From the NCBI RefSeq assembly GCF_018350175.1, contig NC_058368.1, forward strand, positions 231,324,001-231,388,000: 64,000 bases of DNA, given 5' to 3'. Both the position numbers and the translations under genes were made by a program. Source of the DNA: Felis catus (Eukaryota). This document shows positions 11,946 to 23,407 of this stretch, piece by piece; the first letter of the stretch is position 1; each line of letters begins with the position of its first letter. Under the pieces are notes generated by a model. It had not been told where the DNA came from and searched no databases. It saw only the letters and a list, made by a program, of their open reading frames with translations.

Positions 11946-12699
11946 ATACACCACGAGATAAAGAGTCAGATGTGCACGTTTGCCGAACCCCAGGAGCGCT
12001 GTGCCAGCTCACCTCCCCTGCCAGTCAGTAAGAGCTTTCCTGCCCTCCTCGCTTCTTCCTTCCCGCTATGGCCCGCGGGGGTCAGAAGCTGTTTAGCGAG
12101 CAGGGATAGAAGCCGAAGCCGGGGAAGCCGGGGAAGACAGCACAGGCCGTGGCAGCTCCTGTCCTGACCTCAGAGTACAGTCTGACCTGGGCAAGTGGAG
12201 AAACCACAGCTTGGAGCAGTGGTTTGAATTTCGACACTTACAGGGGAGCAGATATTTAAAATATGGAATTGATCTTTTGTGATTTAGGCCTTTTTAGATT
12301 TTTATACTCTAACAGTGACCAGGACACGTATGGGGCAGTGTTTTTTCCCAGGAGTAGAAGAGGAACTTGTGCGCCAGCAGTTTTAAAGCGAAAATGAGAT
12401 GAAAATGGATGTTACTAAGTTTCAGTTGCTTTATGATTATATTCCAGATTTTGGGTGGTTCATCATAAAGGTTACATTTATCTGAGCATATCTTTCTTTT
12501 GCCTTCACTTTTGAGGGGATAAAATTCTTGGCTGTTTTTTAAAAATCAGTTCGATGATATTATTCCATTGTCTCCCTACATCCAGTGTTGTCAAAGAGAA
12601 GTCTATGTCACTGTCATGATCATTTGCGCTTCTGAATGTCTTGCAAAGGAGACACTGACAGCCTTTGTTCTGGACTGCCCCTTTTTGTTCTCCCTTCAT

Positions 12700-12916
12700 G
12701 TTTGTTTGTTTATTTATTCATTTATTTATTTTTTGAGAGAAAGAGAGAGAGTGAGGGAGGGGTAGAGAGAGAGGGAGAGAGAAAATCCCAAGCAGAAAGT
12801 CTCTGCACTGGCAGTGCAGAGCCTCACACGGGGCTTGAACTCATGAACCACGAGATCATGACCTCGGCCAAAATCAAGAGTTGGACGCTTAACCGACTGA
12901 GCCACGCAGGTGCCCC
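12700..12916 (-). mobile_element. SINEC SINE
   Basis: tttatt tail, (GA)-rich stretch and head ...gagccacgcaggtgcccc. Confidence 0.93.
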
Positions 12917-13241
12917 CGGGCTCTACAGGTGATTTTAGAGCAAAGAGCCTTGGAAGATGGAGCTGCTGTTTCCTCCTGGAGCAAGTGGTGGCTTTGCTCA
13001 GTGCCTTGGGAGTGAGAGATGTGCCTCCCTCGGGGTTTTCAGCACTGTGTCCTCAGAGCACTGAGATTGCTTTTCCTAGTTTGTGGTGGGAGGTGTTTGG
13101 AGCCTAGCCTTCTTTTTGGCTTAGAACAGAGAAAGTACCATTTAGACGAGGAGTTGACCAAATTCAAGCAGATCATCTTTTTATGCGCTCCTCTAGTGTG
13201 GAAACACCCTTCCACAGTAATATGTATAATCCTGGACGCTC

Positions 13242-13263
13242 AATTGTTGCCACGGCAACAATT
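13242..13263. promoter_or_regulatory. Palindromic RFX X-box (GTTGCCACGGCAAC) overlapped by two inverted SOX motifs
   Basis: AATTGTTGCC-AC-GGCAACAATT has perfect 10-bp arms. The core is 13/14 identical to GTTGCCATGGCAAC and lies in unique sequence. Confidence 0.5.
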
Positions 13264-14279
13264 ATCTGCTGTTGCTTAATTCCCATTGACAGCCCCGAGC
13301 TTGATTTTAGCTGACATCATTTGTGCTTTTCTCCCACACATTTATTGCAGAGAACTTACTCTATTTTTTGTAAACGTAACTCATCCGGCCTTCCCTTGTT
13401 GTACACTTTCTTGGGATTTTCAGAGCAGAGGCGTTGCTGTTCTAAAATTTTACAACGATACCAGTCCCATTTCATGCTCCGCACACTTCCCTTTCCGCTT
13501 GTTCATGCTAGATATGCTACATTTCCCATTTTGTGACTTTTCACTTCTTCAAACTGCCCTTTATCGCGGAAAGTTCTACATTGTAATTTGAAAAGTAGAA
13601 CACTAAAATACCCATTTCTGAGTGATCTGCTAACTACCGGGCCATAATTGTATTCCAAATTGATAGTTCAGCTAAAACTTTAACTATTTTACTCAACTTG
13701 AGAGGTATATTCGTAGCTGATTATTCCCGCTTACGGCTTCACCCAGAGCTTTTATATCACAGTTATATTTTGTGCCACGTTACATATTTTTCCATCTATT
13801 TGCACAAAGCTGGATAAAAAATGTTAACAAAGACATAAAAGTCATATGTTAAACCAAGAATACTCTTGGAGTCAGAAATGGTATACTGCATCATCTTACT
13901 TTTATTTTTTTTTCTGAGATTTATTGCTGTGGAGAAGATGCAACCCGAGAATATGGGAGCTAATACACGTGTGCCAAAATTTCAACCTAAGATTATGAAG
14001 CCAAACCTTCTTTCATACTCTGGCTGGAAACGAAAAGGTCTCCGTGTTCAGATAAATGACCTGAGACAGAAAAACAAGTACGAATCATAGAGATGAGACG
14101 CGTCTTGAGTCGTGTGCGTGTTGGGTTGGGTGTTTTCTTAGCGAGGGCTGGCCCATTGTTTCAGTCCCTCTTCCTTCAGTGATTTTCCACAGCATGCTTT
14201 AACCTAAGGGAAGTTAGGAAGCTATGAGTAGGATGGCAGAGAACGACCATGGCTCTACCTTTTCCCCATAATTGAAGGG

Positions 14280-14430
14280 CAGGGTTTCTTAATCTGGGAT
14301 CCGTGGAGCCCTCAGGGGTTCCCCAGGCAGGCTTTGTGTACAAGGTGGGGCAAAGGTTATGGTATACTTACGGGAAGTGCGTCCACATCTTTCCTCACAT
14401 TCTCAAAGGAGTCCGTGATCTTCCAGGCGC
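14280..14430. mobile_element. hAT-Charlie-like DNA transposon remnant
   Basis: cagggtttcttaatctgggatccgtggagccc...tttcctcacattctcaaaggagtccgtga. Confidence 0.5.
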
Positions 14431-14619
14431 CAAGAACGACGTGCAACAACTTCTCTTCGACTGTAACGTAAGGGCTGATGTGTAGTAAACACTTAATGTG
14501 TGAGGACTGTTTTAAGAACTTGGTTGCAGATTATTAGGGATGATTTCGGATGTGCCCAAAGTAGGGGGAACGGTAACATATCCGGCTTCAACAGTCATCA
14601 ACATTTGGCTAATTGTTTT

Positions 14620-14810
14620 TAGCCCTTGAAATGCCCGGCCTGATGTGCTTGTCATAACTACCCTGAGAGGTGGTGCTGTCAGTACTGTTGCAGATGAGGT
14701 TGCTGAGGCTTCGGGGGGCTCAGCCACTTGCTGACTGCTGTACAGCTCGTGAGTGGTCAAGCGGGGAGCTAGGATTTGAACCTGGGGCTGGCTAGCTCCG
14801 GAGGCCTCCC
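14620..14810 (-). mobile_element. MIR SINE
   Basis: cataactaccctgagaggtgg...gcagatgaggttgctgaggct...gagctaggatttgaacctgggg. Confidence 0.6.
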
Positions 14811-15226
14811 CAGGCATGCCACCGGGCATCTCCCTTCTTGCGTGGCTCTCTTTTGGAGAATCTTTGGTCCGTGCTCTGCGCTCCTGCTCCTGAGTGCTGT
14901 GTTTGCCTTCCGCAGACGTGCTTTTATTCTGGTCGGTGCTGCATTTTACAGAGTGCCTCTTCAGCTTAACACACGGTTTTATTGTATTTTTTTCCTCCCT
15001 GGTTTTTTTTTTCTTTTAATTACTCCTCTTGCTTTTATTCTGATACGAACTCTCTGGGAGAAGTATTTATATTCCCACTTTTTTGGCGAGGAAAGCTCAG
15101 ATGTTAGCAGCTTGACTAAAGTTATACCTCATAAGTGATCGAATTGGAATCCAGACACTCTGTATTCTCACCTGTCCAGCACAGACCGGGCTCGAGGCTC
15201 AGTTAAGTGTGGCACGAAATTTGAAA

Positions 15227-15340
15227 GTTTATTTATTTTATTTTGAGAAAGAGGGAGAGAGGGAGAGAGCGAGCGAGCAGGGGAGAGGCAGAGAGAGAGG
15301 GAGGGAAAGAATCCCAAGCAGGCTCCATGCTGCCAGCGAA
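15227..15340 (-). mobile_element. 5'-truncated SINEC
   Basis: Only the tail and (GA)-rich part remain. Degenerate TSD tgtg(g/c)ca(c/t)gaaattt. Confidence 0.8.
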
Positions 15341-15387
15341 TTGTGCCATGAAATTTTAAAAGAAAAATGTGCAGAGTGTATTTTCTA

Positions 15388-15591
15388 ATTTTTTTTAATG
15401 TTTATTTATTTTTGAGAGAGAGATGCAGAACGGGGAGGGGCAGAGAGAGAGGGAGACACAGAATCCAAAGCAGGCCCCAGGCTCCTAGCTGTCAACGCAG
15501 AGCCCGACGCAGGGCTCGAACTCATGAACTGTGAGATCATGAACTGAGACAAAGTCAGACACTTTAACTGACTGAGCCACCCAGGTGCCCC
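15388..15591 (-). mobile_element. SINEC_Fc-type SINE
   Basis: TSD agagtgtattttcta at 15373-15387 and 15593-15607. Confidence 0.95.
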
Positions 15592-16252
15592 TAGAGTGTA
15601 TTTTCTAGAAAAGAGCTTATATTCACAGGGTCAGTCAATGGTGACTAGAATTGGCCACCTGACTGGAAATGGTAGTTATTTCAGCAAAGGGGAGAGTGTG
15701 AGGCTTACGGGGTGGGCATCTTGAATGCCCGTGTGGCACGGAGGTGTCCCCACACTGATCAGATTCTCAGTATCTGCTGCGGGCTCTTGATTCTCAACGC
15801 CAGGCTGGGCCCTTGGGCGTCACAGTGCATGCTCCCACATCACTGTGAACCTTTTAATAGGGGAAGGAGGGACTTCTTGAAACTTGGGGATTTTAGGGCT
15901 TTCTGTCACCTCTAGACAGCCCGATCTGTTCTCTGGAACCAGGAGCGCCATCAGCTGTCATCAACCAGAAGGTCCTGTGGCTGTCATCTTGTTAAGGCAA
16001 GCATCCAGGCGAGTGACGTCCCAGCATTCAGAAGACACTCCTGTCCTTCAGGGAGCAAGGGGGCCAGCTCAATCTGTGTCCTCTGACCAACTCACCTAAA
16101 CATACTGCGTTTACGCACAGGGATGAGGGAACGGGGAGTGTTCTGCTCTACACGGACGTGGGTAGGAAAGAAAACACATTACAGGGAAAATATCAGAAGC
16201 CAGAAAATTATTATGAAAAACTGACCCACCCTTAAATGTATAGTAAATGATT

Positions 16253-16336
16253 AATTTGCATTTTCAGTATGTTAAAAGCCCAAATTACTGCTGGAATTTG
16301 CATTTTCAGTATGTTAAAAGCCCAGATTGCTGCTGG
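16253..16336. repeat. 42-bp tandem duplication (2 copies)
   Basis: Unit aatttgcattttcagtatgttaaaagccca(a/g)att(a/g)ctgctgg at 16253 and 16295, with 2 mismatches. Confidence 0.95.
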
Positions 16337-16570
16337 ACATTAAGACACAGTGATGACTTGGCCGAGTGGTTGGTTGGAAATCATCTAATCTGATGATTAA
16401 TATAAAAAGAATTTAATGCACACACCTTTGTATTTATATGGGTCTAGAAAGCTCTGTGCACTGTGCACTGTGCAAAGTGCACCTATCACTTTGAGGATTT
16501 GGAGGGGGGAGGGGCAGATTTTGGACGCTTTCTGTTCCTACTCTGCTCACTTTTTAAAAATTCATAATGA

Positions 16571-16695
16571 GGGGCGCTCGGGTGGCTCAGCCGGTTAAGG
16601 GTCCGACTCTTGTTTTCGGCTCAGGTCACGATCTCGAGGTTTGTGGGTTTGAGCTCCGTGTCGGGCTCCGTGCTGGCAGTGTGGGGCCTGCTTGG

Positions 16696-16746
<51 letters not shown>

Positions 16747-16815
16747 CCCTCCCTCTGCCCCTCTCTCGCTGATGCTGTCTCTGTCACTCTCAAAGTAAAT
16801 AAACTTAAAAAACAC
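16571..16815 (+). mobile_element. SINEC SINE with expanded (CT)n
   Basis: Head ggggcgctcgggtggctcagccgg. TSD aaattcataatg. Confidence 0.95.
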
Positions 16816-17419
16816 AAATTCATAATGGGCATGCATTGTTTCCTATCATCAGAAGGAAACAAAAACTTGAAGCACGGATTAGGAGGTGAGATTTCACTTT
16901 TCATCCTCGGAGCTCACCGAGGAGGGGGTTGCTGCCAGAATCACCAGGGATGTGTCTCAACAAGGGCATGCCCGCCTCTCTTCCGCCCCCTTCCCCCTCA
17001 CCGCAGACATGGCCTCACTGCCTGGGTAGCCCAGGGCGCGGCCAGACAGTGCACCCTGGTTGCGACGACCCTGTGTGAGCGGCAGCACAGAGAAGGCCTC
17101 ACCCCCTCGGAGCCCAGTGCAGTGTTTCCCTCGTGTGGTCATTTGAGAGTTCGGACGGCTTGCTGGGCCTCGCGGCCAGCCCCTGCCCGTCTCTGACGGG
17201 GGTTCGATAGATACCTTTCCAGGGAAGGTGACGATGCTGGAGGAGACCAGAGGACCAAATTGACCCCCTCTCGGGCATTCCTCTGGGGAGGGACATCAGA
17301 GCCATCTGGGCAGAAGCAAGATTTGTCTTCTTTTTTGGGAGAGAGCAGTTTGTGGCATTAAGCACCCCCATTTGTACTCCCAAGAGGGAGAGAGTGTTGG
17401 ATTTGACCTTCTGAAGTTT

Positions 17420-17633
17420 TTTTTTTTTTTAACGTTTATTTATTTTTGAGACAGAGAGAGACAGAGCATGAATGGGGGAGGGGCAGAGAGAGAGGGAGAC
17501 ACAGAATCAGAAACAGGCTCCAGGCTCCGAGCGGTCAGCCCAGAGCCCGACACGGGGCTCAAACTCATGGACCGCGAGATCATGACCTGAGCCGAAGTCG
17601 GACGCTTAACCGACTGAGCCACCCAGGCGCCCC
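17420..17633 (-). mobile_element. SINEC_Fc-type SINE
   Basis: TSD accttctgaagttt at 17406-17419 and 17636-17649. Confidence 0.95.
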
Positions 17634-17922
17634 TCACCTTCTGAAGTTTAAGGACACTTCTGGAAAATTAGGATGGAACACTATCCTCGAACCAGGACAT
17701 TTCTGAAGACGGGACACCTGTGGGTGCCCCAGACCAACAGGGACGAGGCTGGGGGACCCACATGCCTCCATCTTCCATGTCTAAGGAGAGCTGGGATAGG
17801 CAGGCTACTCAGCCACCCTGTGCCTCAGTTCCCGCATATGGAAAAGTAGCAGAAGATGATTGTTGAGGTGATTACATCCATTAGCACACATGTGTGCCAG
17901 CATCTACCAAACATTAGCTATT

Positions 17923-18095
17923 CTTTTTTTTTTTTTAATGTTTATTTATTTTTGAGAGAGAGAGAGAGGCAGACTGCAAGCAGGGGGAGGGGCAGAGAGA
18001 GAGGGAGACAGGATCAGAAGCAGGCTCTAGGCTGTGAGTCATTAGCACAGAGCCCACGCGGGGCTCAAACCCACCATCTGTGAGATCATGACCTG
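17923..18095 (-). mobile_element. 5'-truncated SINEC
   Basis: T tail and body up to gagatcatgacctg. The head is missing. Confidence 0.85.
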
Positions 18096-19879
18096 TGACC
18101 TCCTCCTGTGGCCTGGAGGAGGCCCCCTCTGTGCAGGAGATGTGGGCATTTAGGTGCCTTCGTGAGAAACTGGGAGGCCAAGAGGGGCCTCTTGACTCCC
18201 TTTGTGTCTTTATCTCACGCATGCCCTTGGCGCTGCCCCATGGCTGGTTTCGTGATAAACCAAGACGAAAGCAATCTTGAGTAAGACGCTGTCCTTATTC
18301 TTGCCGGAGTTCGAACCCAGGATAGATGGTGTGGCCGGAACGAGCTTTGGCGTAGTTAACAAGATTGAAAAGGATGATGTCTCGTTTAATTGGGAAATGG
18401 GAAGGAGGGAAATAAAGGCAAGAACCCTGCTTATTGGGAGCCCAGGGCATTTGGTGGCTCTGAGCTGGACGTCCCCGTGAGGATCCTCTGTTGAGGTTAA
18501 ATTAGGGCCTGTGGTGGTGGGTGGTCTGCCAAGGTTGGGGAGCCAGCCACCTGGTCGTCCAGCCTGCCGCCCTCCAGCCATCACGGCAGGTAGGTGAGGT
18601 TGATCTCGAAGAGGTTCCAGAGGGAGACATGGGGGGCCCTTGACCACCAGCTTGCTGGGCACTGAGGCATGGTACTTGGGACCCGGGGTCGGGCACGCTC
18701 CAGGTGCCAGCGGGCAGGGGCATCCCAGCCACCCTGAGAGTGTGGACAGGCTCAGCCCTGGACTAGGATTATAGCTGGGGCTGTTCGAAATGGGGCTGTA
18801 CCCGTGGCCACTGCCTGAGCACCCCCTGGAGGGAGTGCTGGACAGGCGCCTAGACGTGGCGGGAGCTGGGACCTCGCGCCAGGGCCCCGCACAAAACCGC
18901 AGGGCTGTGAGATGGGGCGGTGGTGGCGTCGGCTCTGTGCTCACGGCATGACGTCCTCAAGCCTGTTCTCACTTGCTGCGTGTGAAGACACGGGTGCTGG
19001 GCCTGCCCAGTCCCGAGTCACACAGGCTCCAGTACAGGTGTCCTGAGGTGCCGGATGGAGCCTCCAGACCCGTCTGCTGCAGGCGCATGGGCGTTAACCC
19101 AGGAGACAGTGGGCGGTGGCCACGTTCCTCCCTGGATGGCGGCAGATCTCAGGGCTCGACCTGAGAGTCGAGCAGACAGATGTGGCAGGAGCGTGGGCGG
19201 CCCTCGTCGCCCAGCATGATGAGGACCGCTCACGAGGCTGCCTCGGGAGGTAGATGGCCAAAGCCCTACCCTAGCTTTCCCCCAGGGGAATTTCTTGCCT
19301 GAATTGCCAGGAGCCAGGATCCAAGAGCCCCGGCTTCACGACGATTGGCGTAAACCTGCTTATGGCCAGTTGGGCAGAGAAAAGGCAAGTGTGTTGAGCC
19401 ATCGGCAGGGAGCGTGGGCCCCGGCGTCCTCCAGGGTGAAGAGGTGGACGAGAGTCACGTGTGGACTGCATACCACTTCTTGGTGTTGGGGAACTGCCAT
19501 CACTGTGCAGTTTCCGGAGGGATCTCGCTGGCCAGATCCACGAGAAGAGTGTGCCCTGAGCAGACTTCATGGCATTCATCTTCCCTCGGGTGGCTCAGCA
19601 CGCACTGTCCAGTTGCCTGGTGTGCTTGATGGTCTGGGGTTGAGCCGGACGTTGGGAGAAAGTGGTGTGGTTGCAGAACGTGGGCCGTGCTCTTGAGCCG
19701 TATGGGACAAGGTCGCCTGCTTGTTCCTGATGCTTTTGGGGGGGGGGGAGGCAAAGAGGAAGGAGGCCCAGAGGCCTGGCCTGGTGAAGCGGGGTTTGGG
19801 GAACTGTACTGGACCAGCCGAGGCAGCACCGGCTGGGGAGCCACCATGGTTTGGGAAGGTCCTCTGGGACCGTGGACTG

Positions 19880-20546
19880 GGTATGAGTTTCGTGGTGTTG
19901 CCATACCAATGCTCCACAAACTGGGAGGCTTAAATCAACAGAAACTTCTTCTCTCAGAGTTCTGGGGGCTGGAAATCTGAAATCAAGGTGTCTGAAACAG
20001 GGACGCACTTCTGCAGAAGGCTCTAGGGGAGGGTCCTTGTGTCTCCTGGCATCTGGTGGCCCTAGGTTCCTGGGCTCGTGGCTGCATTACCCTGATCTTT
20101 ACCTCTGTCATCGCTTGTTCCTCTCCCCATGTGTCTTTGTGTCCTCTCCTCTTCTTATGAGGACCCCAGGCATTGGATTTGGATTGCCCCAAATCCAGGA
20201 TGATTCTTTTTTTTTTAATGTTTATTTCTTTATTTTGAGAGAGAGTGTGTGCACATGCATGCATGCATGGGAGAGGGGCAGAGAGAGAGAGGGGGAGAGA
20301 GAGAATCCTGCTCTGTCATCGCAGAGCCCAACTCAGGGCTCGATCTCACAAAAGGTGAGATGGTGACCTGACCTGAAACCAAGAGTTGATTGCTCAACCA
20401 ACCGAGCCACCCAGGCGCCCCTCCAGGATGATTCTGTCTTGAGATCCTTAACTCATTACTTCTAAAAAGACCCTTTTTTTTTCCAGATGAGGTCACCTTC
20501 TGAGTTTTGGGGTAGACATGAAATTTTTCACTATTTAACCTACCAC
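19880..20546 (-). mobile_element. MLT1C/D LTR interrupted by a SINE
   Basis: gtatgagtttc...ccacaaactgggaggcttaaatcaacagaaa...atccaggatgattct...ctatttaacctaccac. Confidence 0.85.
20208..20421 (-). mobile_element. SINEC SINE inside the MLT1 LTR
   Basis: TSD tccaggatgattct at 20194-20207 and 20422-20435. Confidence 0.95.
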
Positions 20547-22029
20547 GTGCTGGATGGCAGGAAGGGGGCAAGGACCATGAAGCAGAGTTTTTGCGGTGGA
20601 CTTACGGCCAGGGGCATAGCTAGTGATTTCCCCCAGCTGTGTCGTCAGGAGATGCATGATGTTGGGGGGAGGGGTGGGCCTAGCCATACTGGATGTGAGC
20701 CCCGCCCCCCCCGCCCCGTTCCTGGCATGTATTGCAGATCGTACAGCATCACTATTGCAGAAGTGTTGCAGCTTCTGCGGGACTGAGGGTCTCAAGAACA
20801 CACTTTTGAAAGTCGGTTCCACTGAGATAAATCTGAGTGGGAACACTCAGAGTGGAGTCTTGCAGGCGAGGCCACATAACTGCCGCCTCTTTGGAAGTGA
20901 AGTTCACGTACTCCAGCAGACCCAGGAGTGCAAATACTCACAGTGGATTCATGTAATTTACCCATTCAAAGCTGGGGTTTATGCTGTAATGAATAGCACA
21001 TGCTAATTTAGTTTTGGGTTTTTATATTACTGTTTTTTTTGCAGTGCCCTGCTATGTCCTAGTAACACTTGTTCATGTCATTGGGAGCACTGGGACGTGG
21101 TGGGGCACGAGATTGGTCCATCTGTATCTTCTCAAAGGGGTGGACTGTGGTGGGCCATGGCTGGTCCTACTGCAGGCTTAGTGACTCGTAGGACACGGGC
21201 CATGGAGCATGTGACTAACTGTATTGTAGTCTCTTCACGGCAGTGCTTAGAGCCTGTCTGCTGCTGTGGCCCCCAGACTGCATGGTATAAAGCTCCAAGC
21301 TTCCCTGACCTGCTGGATCGCTCACTCCACAAAGCCGGCACCCACTATTCCATTTTGGAGCTGCTTCTTTGAGCAAAAAGGAAAACCACGGGGTGTTTTG
21401 TTCTCATACGTGTGACTGTATCTCAGGAATCCCTTCTTCACTGTCTGCTGTCTCAGTGGGTACACCGAAGTGGACTGAATTCATGCTTTCAATTCTAGTC
21501 AATCTTAATACCCTGGCCAGACGTTGTGGTCTGGCCTAGTTCCCCAAACCATGCCCAGATCAATCTCCACGGCTAGGGGGATGGAAGAATCAATTTGACT
21601 TAGGCCGGTCAGGCACAAACCTGGCTGGGGGTGGGGTGGGGAGGGTGGAGTCCGCCTCTCTCAACTACAGAGCCGAGTGGTGGAGGGGAGGTTTGTAAAG
21701 ACATTTGGAATTTTTTTTACCTTAAATGAAGGGAGATAATGCTGGCGGAAGAAATAGAAGATGATGACCTCGTATGCTGATATTGTCTGGATTGTATGTA
21801 TCCTCCAGATGGCTCGGCCAGATACTTGCTGACTCCAGTGTTTCCATTTCTTTCTGACCTTTTCCCCTCATATTAAGGAGTAAGCTTTTATTTTGTTTTT
21901 CCTAGAACTGGGAGCCATTCTGGGGAGCTCTGCTTCCCAGGTATACGTGTTGCGTTTTGATCATTGAGTCGATAACAGAGCCATGCTCCGTTGGAGGCAC
22001 TGGGGATACCAAGATGTGCAAGTCTGGGT

Positions 22030-22345
22030 TGGTTAAGCTGACACTAGCTGCTGTAACAAAGAGACCTCGCGTTCCAGAATTCTAATTACATCAGTGGTTT
22101 GTGACAGTTCAGGCTGGTGGGTGGCTCCACTCCGTGTGGTCACTCAGGGACGCTGGCTGACAGTGGCTCTGCAGGTCTCAATGCGTGGCTTTCAGAGTCA
22201 TCCTAATCCTTGGCACTTCTGCGAGCAGGAAGGGGAAAGAATGTTGGGGGGGGGGACACATGCAAGGTTTCCGGAACCAGGCCTAGAAGTGACATGCGTC
22301 ACTTCTGCTTACATGCATGCCTCTCTTCTAGAAAGTTCCTGTCTG
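22030..22345 (-). mobile_element. Old MLT1 LTR remnant
   Basis: ctagctgctgtaacaaagagacc...ctccgtgtggtcactcagggacgctggctgacagtggctc...gcctagaagtgacatgcgtcacttctgcttacat. Confidence 0.5.
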
Positions 22346-22684
22346 CCCTCCCAGGATATGCTCAGTTTAATGGGGAAGAACAACATGTGAACCAAAGGCG
22401 GAGGAGGAACAGGTCTTAAGCAGTTGTTTTCCTGCCTCACGTCCAGTTTCAGTTCCAAGTTGTCCCAACACTAAGAACCGCGCAAGGGGAAAGAACTTCC
22501 AGATGGAAACACATACCTCCTGTTACATGGGAGAAAATCATATTTACAATTTTTTATTTCCCCTTATATCTGTTTCCAGGCAGCTTTTTCCTATGCTTAG
22601 TGATGCTCCTCTAAGTTTTATTTACCTCCTTGCAGCCGCTGGCCATTCTTAGTCTCTATTCCTTGGAAAAAACCAAGTGAAGCC

Positions 22685-22860
22685 AACAAACCTTTATTGA
22701 AGACTTACAATGTTCCAGGTTTACATCCCGGTTCCCTGCTCAATTTAATTACCACCCCATACCTGGAAAGGAGCATTATTAGTTTCATCTTACAGATGTG
22801 GACACTGAGGCTCAGAGAACTAAGGAAGCGTCGTTAAAATCATGTACCAGCAGGGATAGA
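22685..22860 (-). mobile_element. MIR SINE
   Basis: tttattgaagacttacaatgttccagg...catcttacagatgtggacactgaggctcagagaa. Confidence 0.65.
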
Positions 22861-23169
22861 ACTGGTTCACTGGAGCCACGCTAGTTGCTGAACAAGTAAA
22901 CCTCTAAATTTCAGGGCTTAACGTGTAGACATTCGTGTCTTACTCAAGTGACAACCCAGTTAGGGGCTCCTAGTTGGGTGGCTTTTGTCCTCAAGTACTT
23001 TCTTGTGCTTCTGTTCTTCCCTAGGACCTTAGATCACTCAACTTCCAGTTGGCTTCTATCCAAATGAATGCCTTTTCATTATTCCAGGATCCCGCCTCTT
23101 CCTAGGAATATAGTGCACTGTAGATGTGCTTGCAAGTGCTGAGTTGTATATATGTGTATTTTTTAAATA

Positions 23170-23407
23170 TTTGCTTATTTTATTTTTTAATGTTTATTCA
23201 TTTTTGAGAGAGAGAGAGAGAGAGGGAGACAGAGTGCGAGAGTGCTGGCCAGAGAGAGAGAGAGACACACACACACAGAATCCGAAGCAGGCTCTAGGTT
23301 CTGAGCTGTCAGCACAGAGCCCGACGTGGGACTCGAACTCACGAACTGCGAGATCATGACTTGAGCCGAAGTGGGACGCCTAACCGACTGAGCCACCCAG
23401 GCGCCCC
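23170..23407 (-). mobile_element. SINEC_Fc-type SINE
   Basis: Full-length body and head gccacccaggcgcccc. Confidence 0.95.

Noticed and set aside
16567..17196. 209-aa ORF
   Set aside because: It starts in a SINE and reads through the (CT)n tract, so it is repeat-derived.
18210..18944. Longest ORF (244 aa, minus strand)
   Set aside because: Pro/Ser/Gly-rich product with no recognisable domain, in GC-rich DNA where stop codons are rare. Overlapping ORFs occur on both strands.
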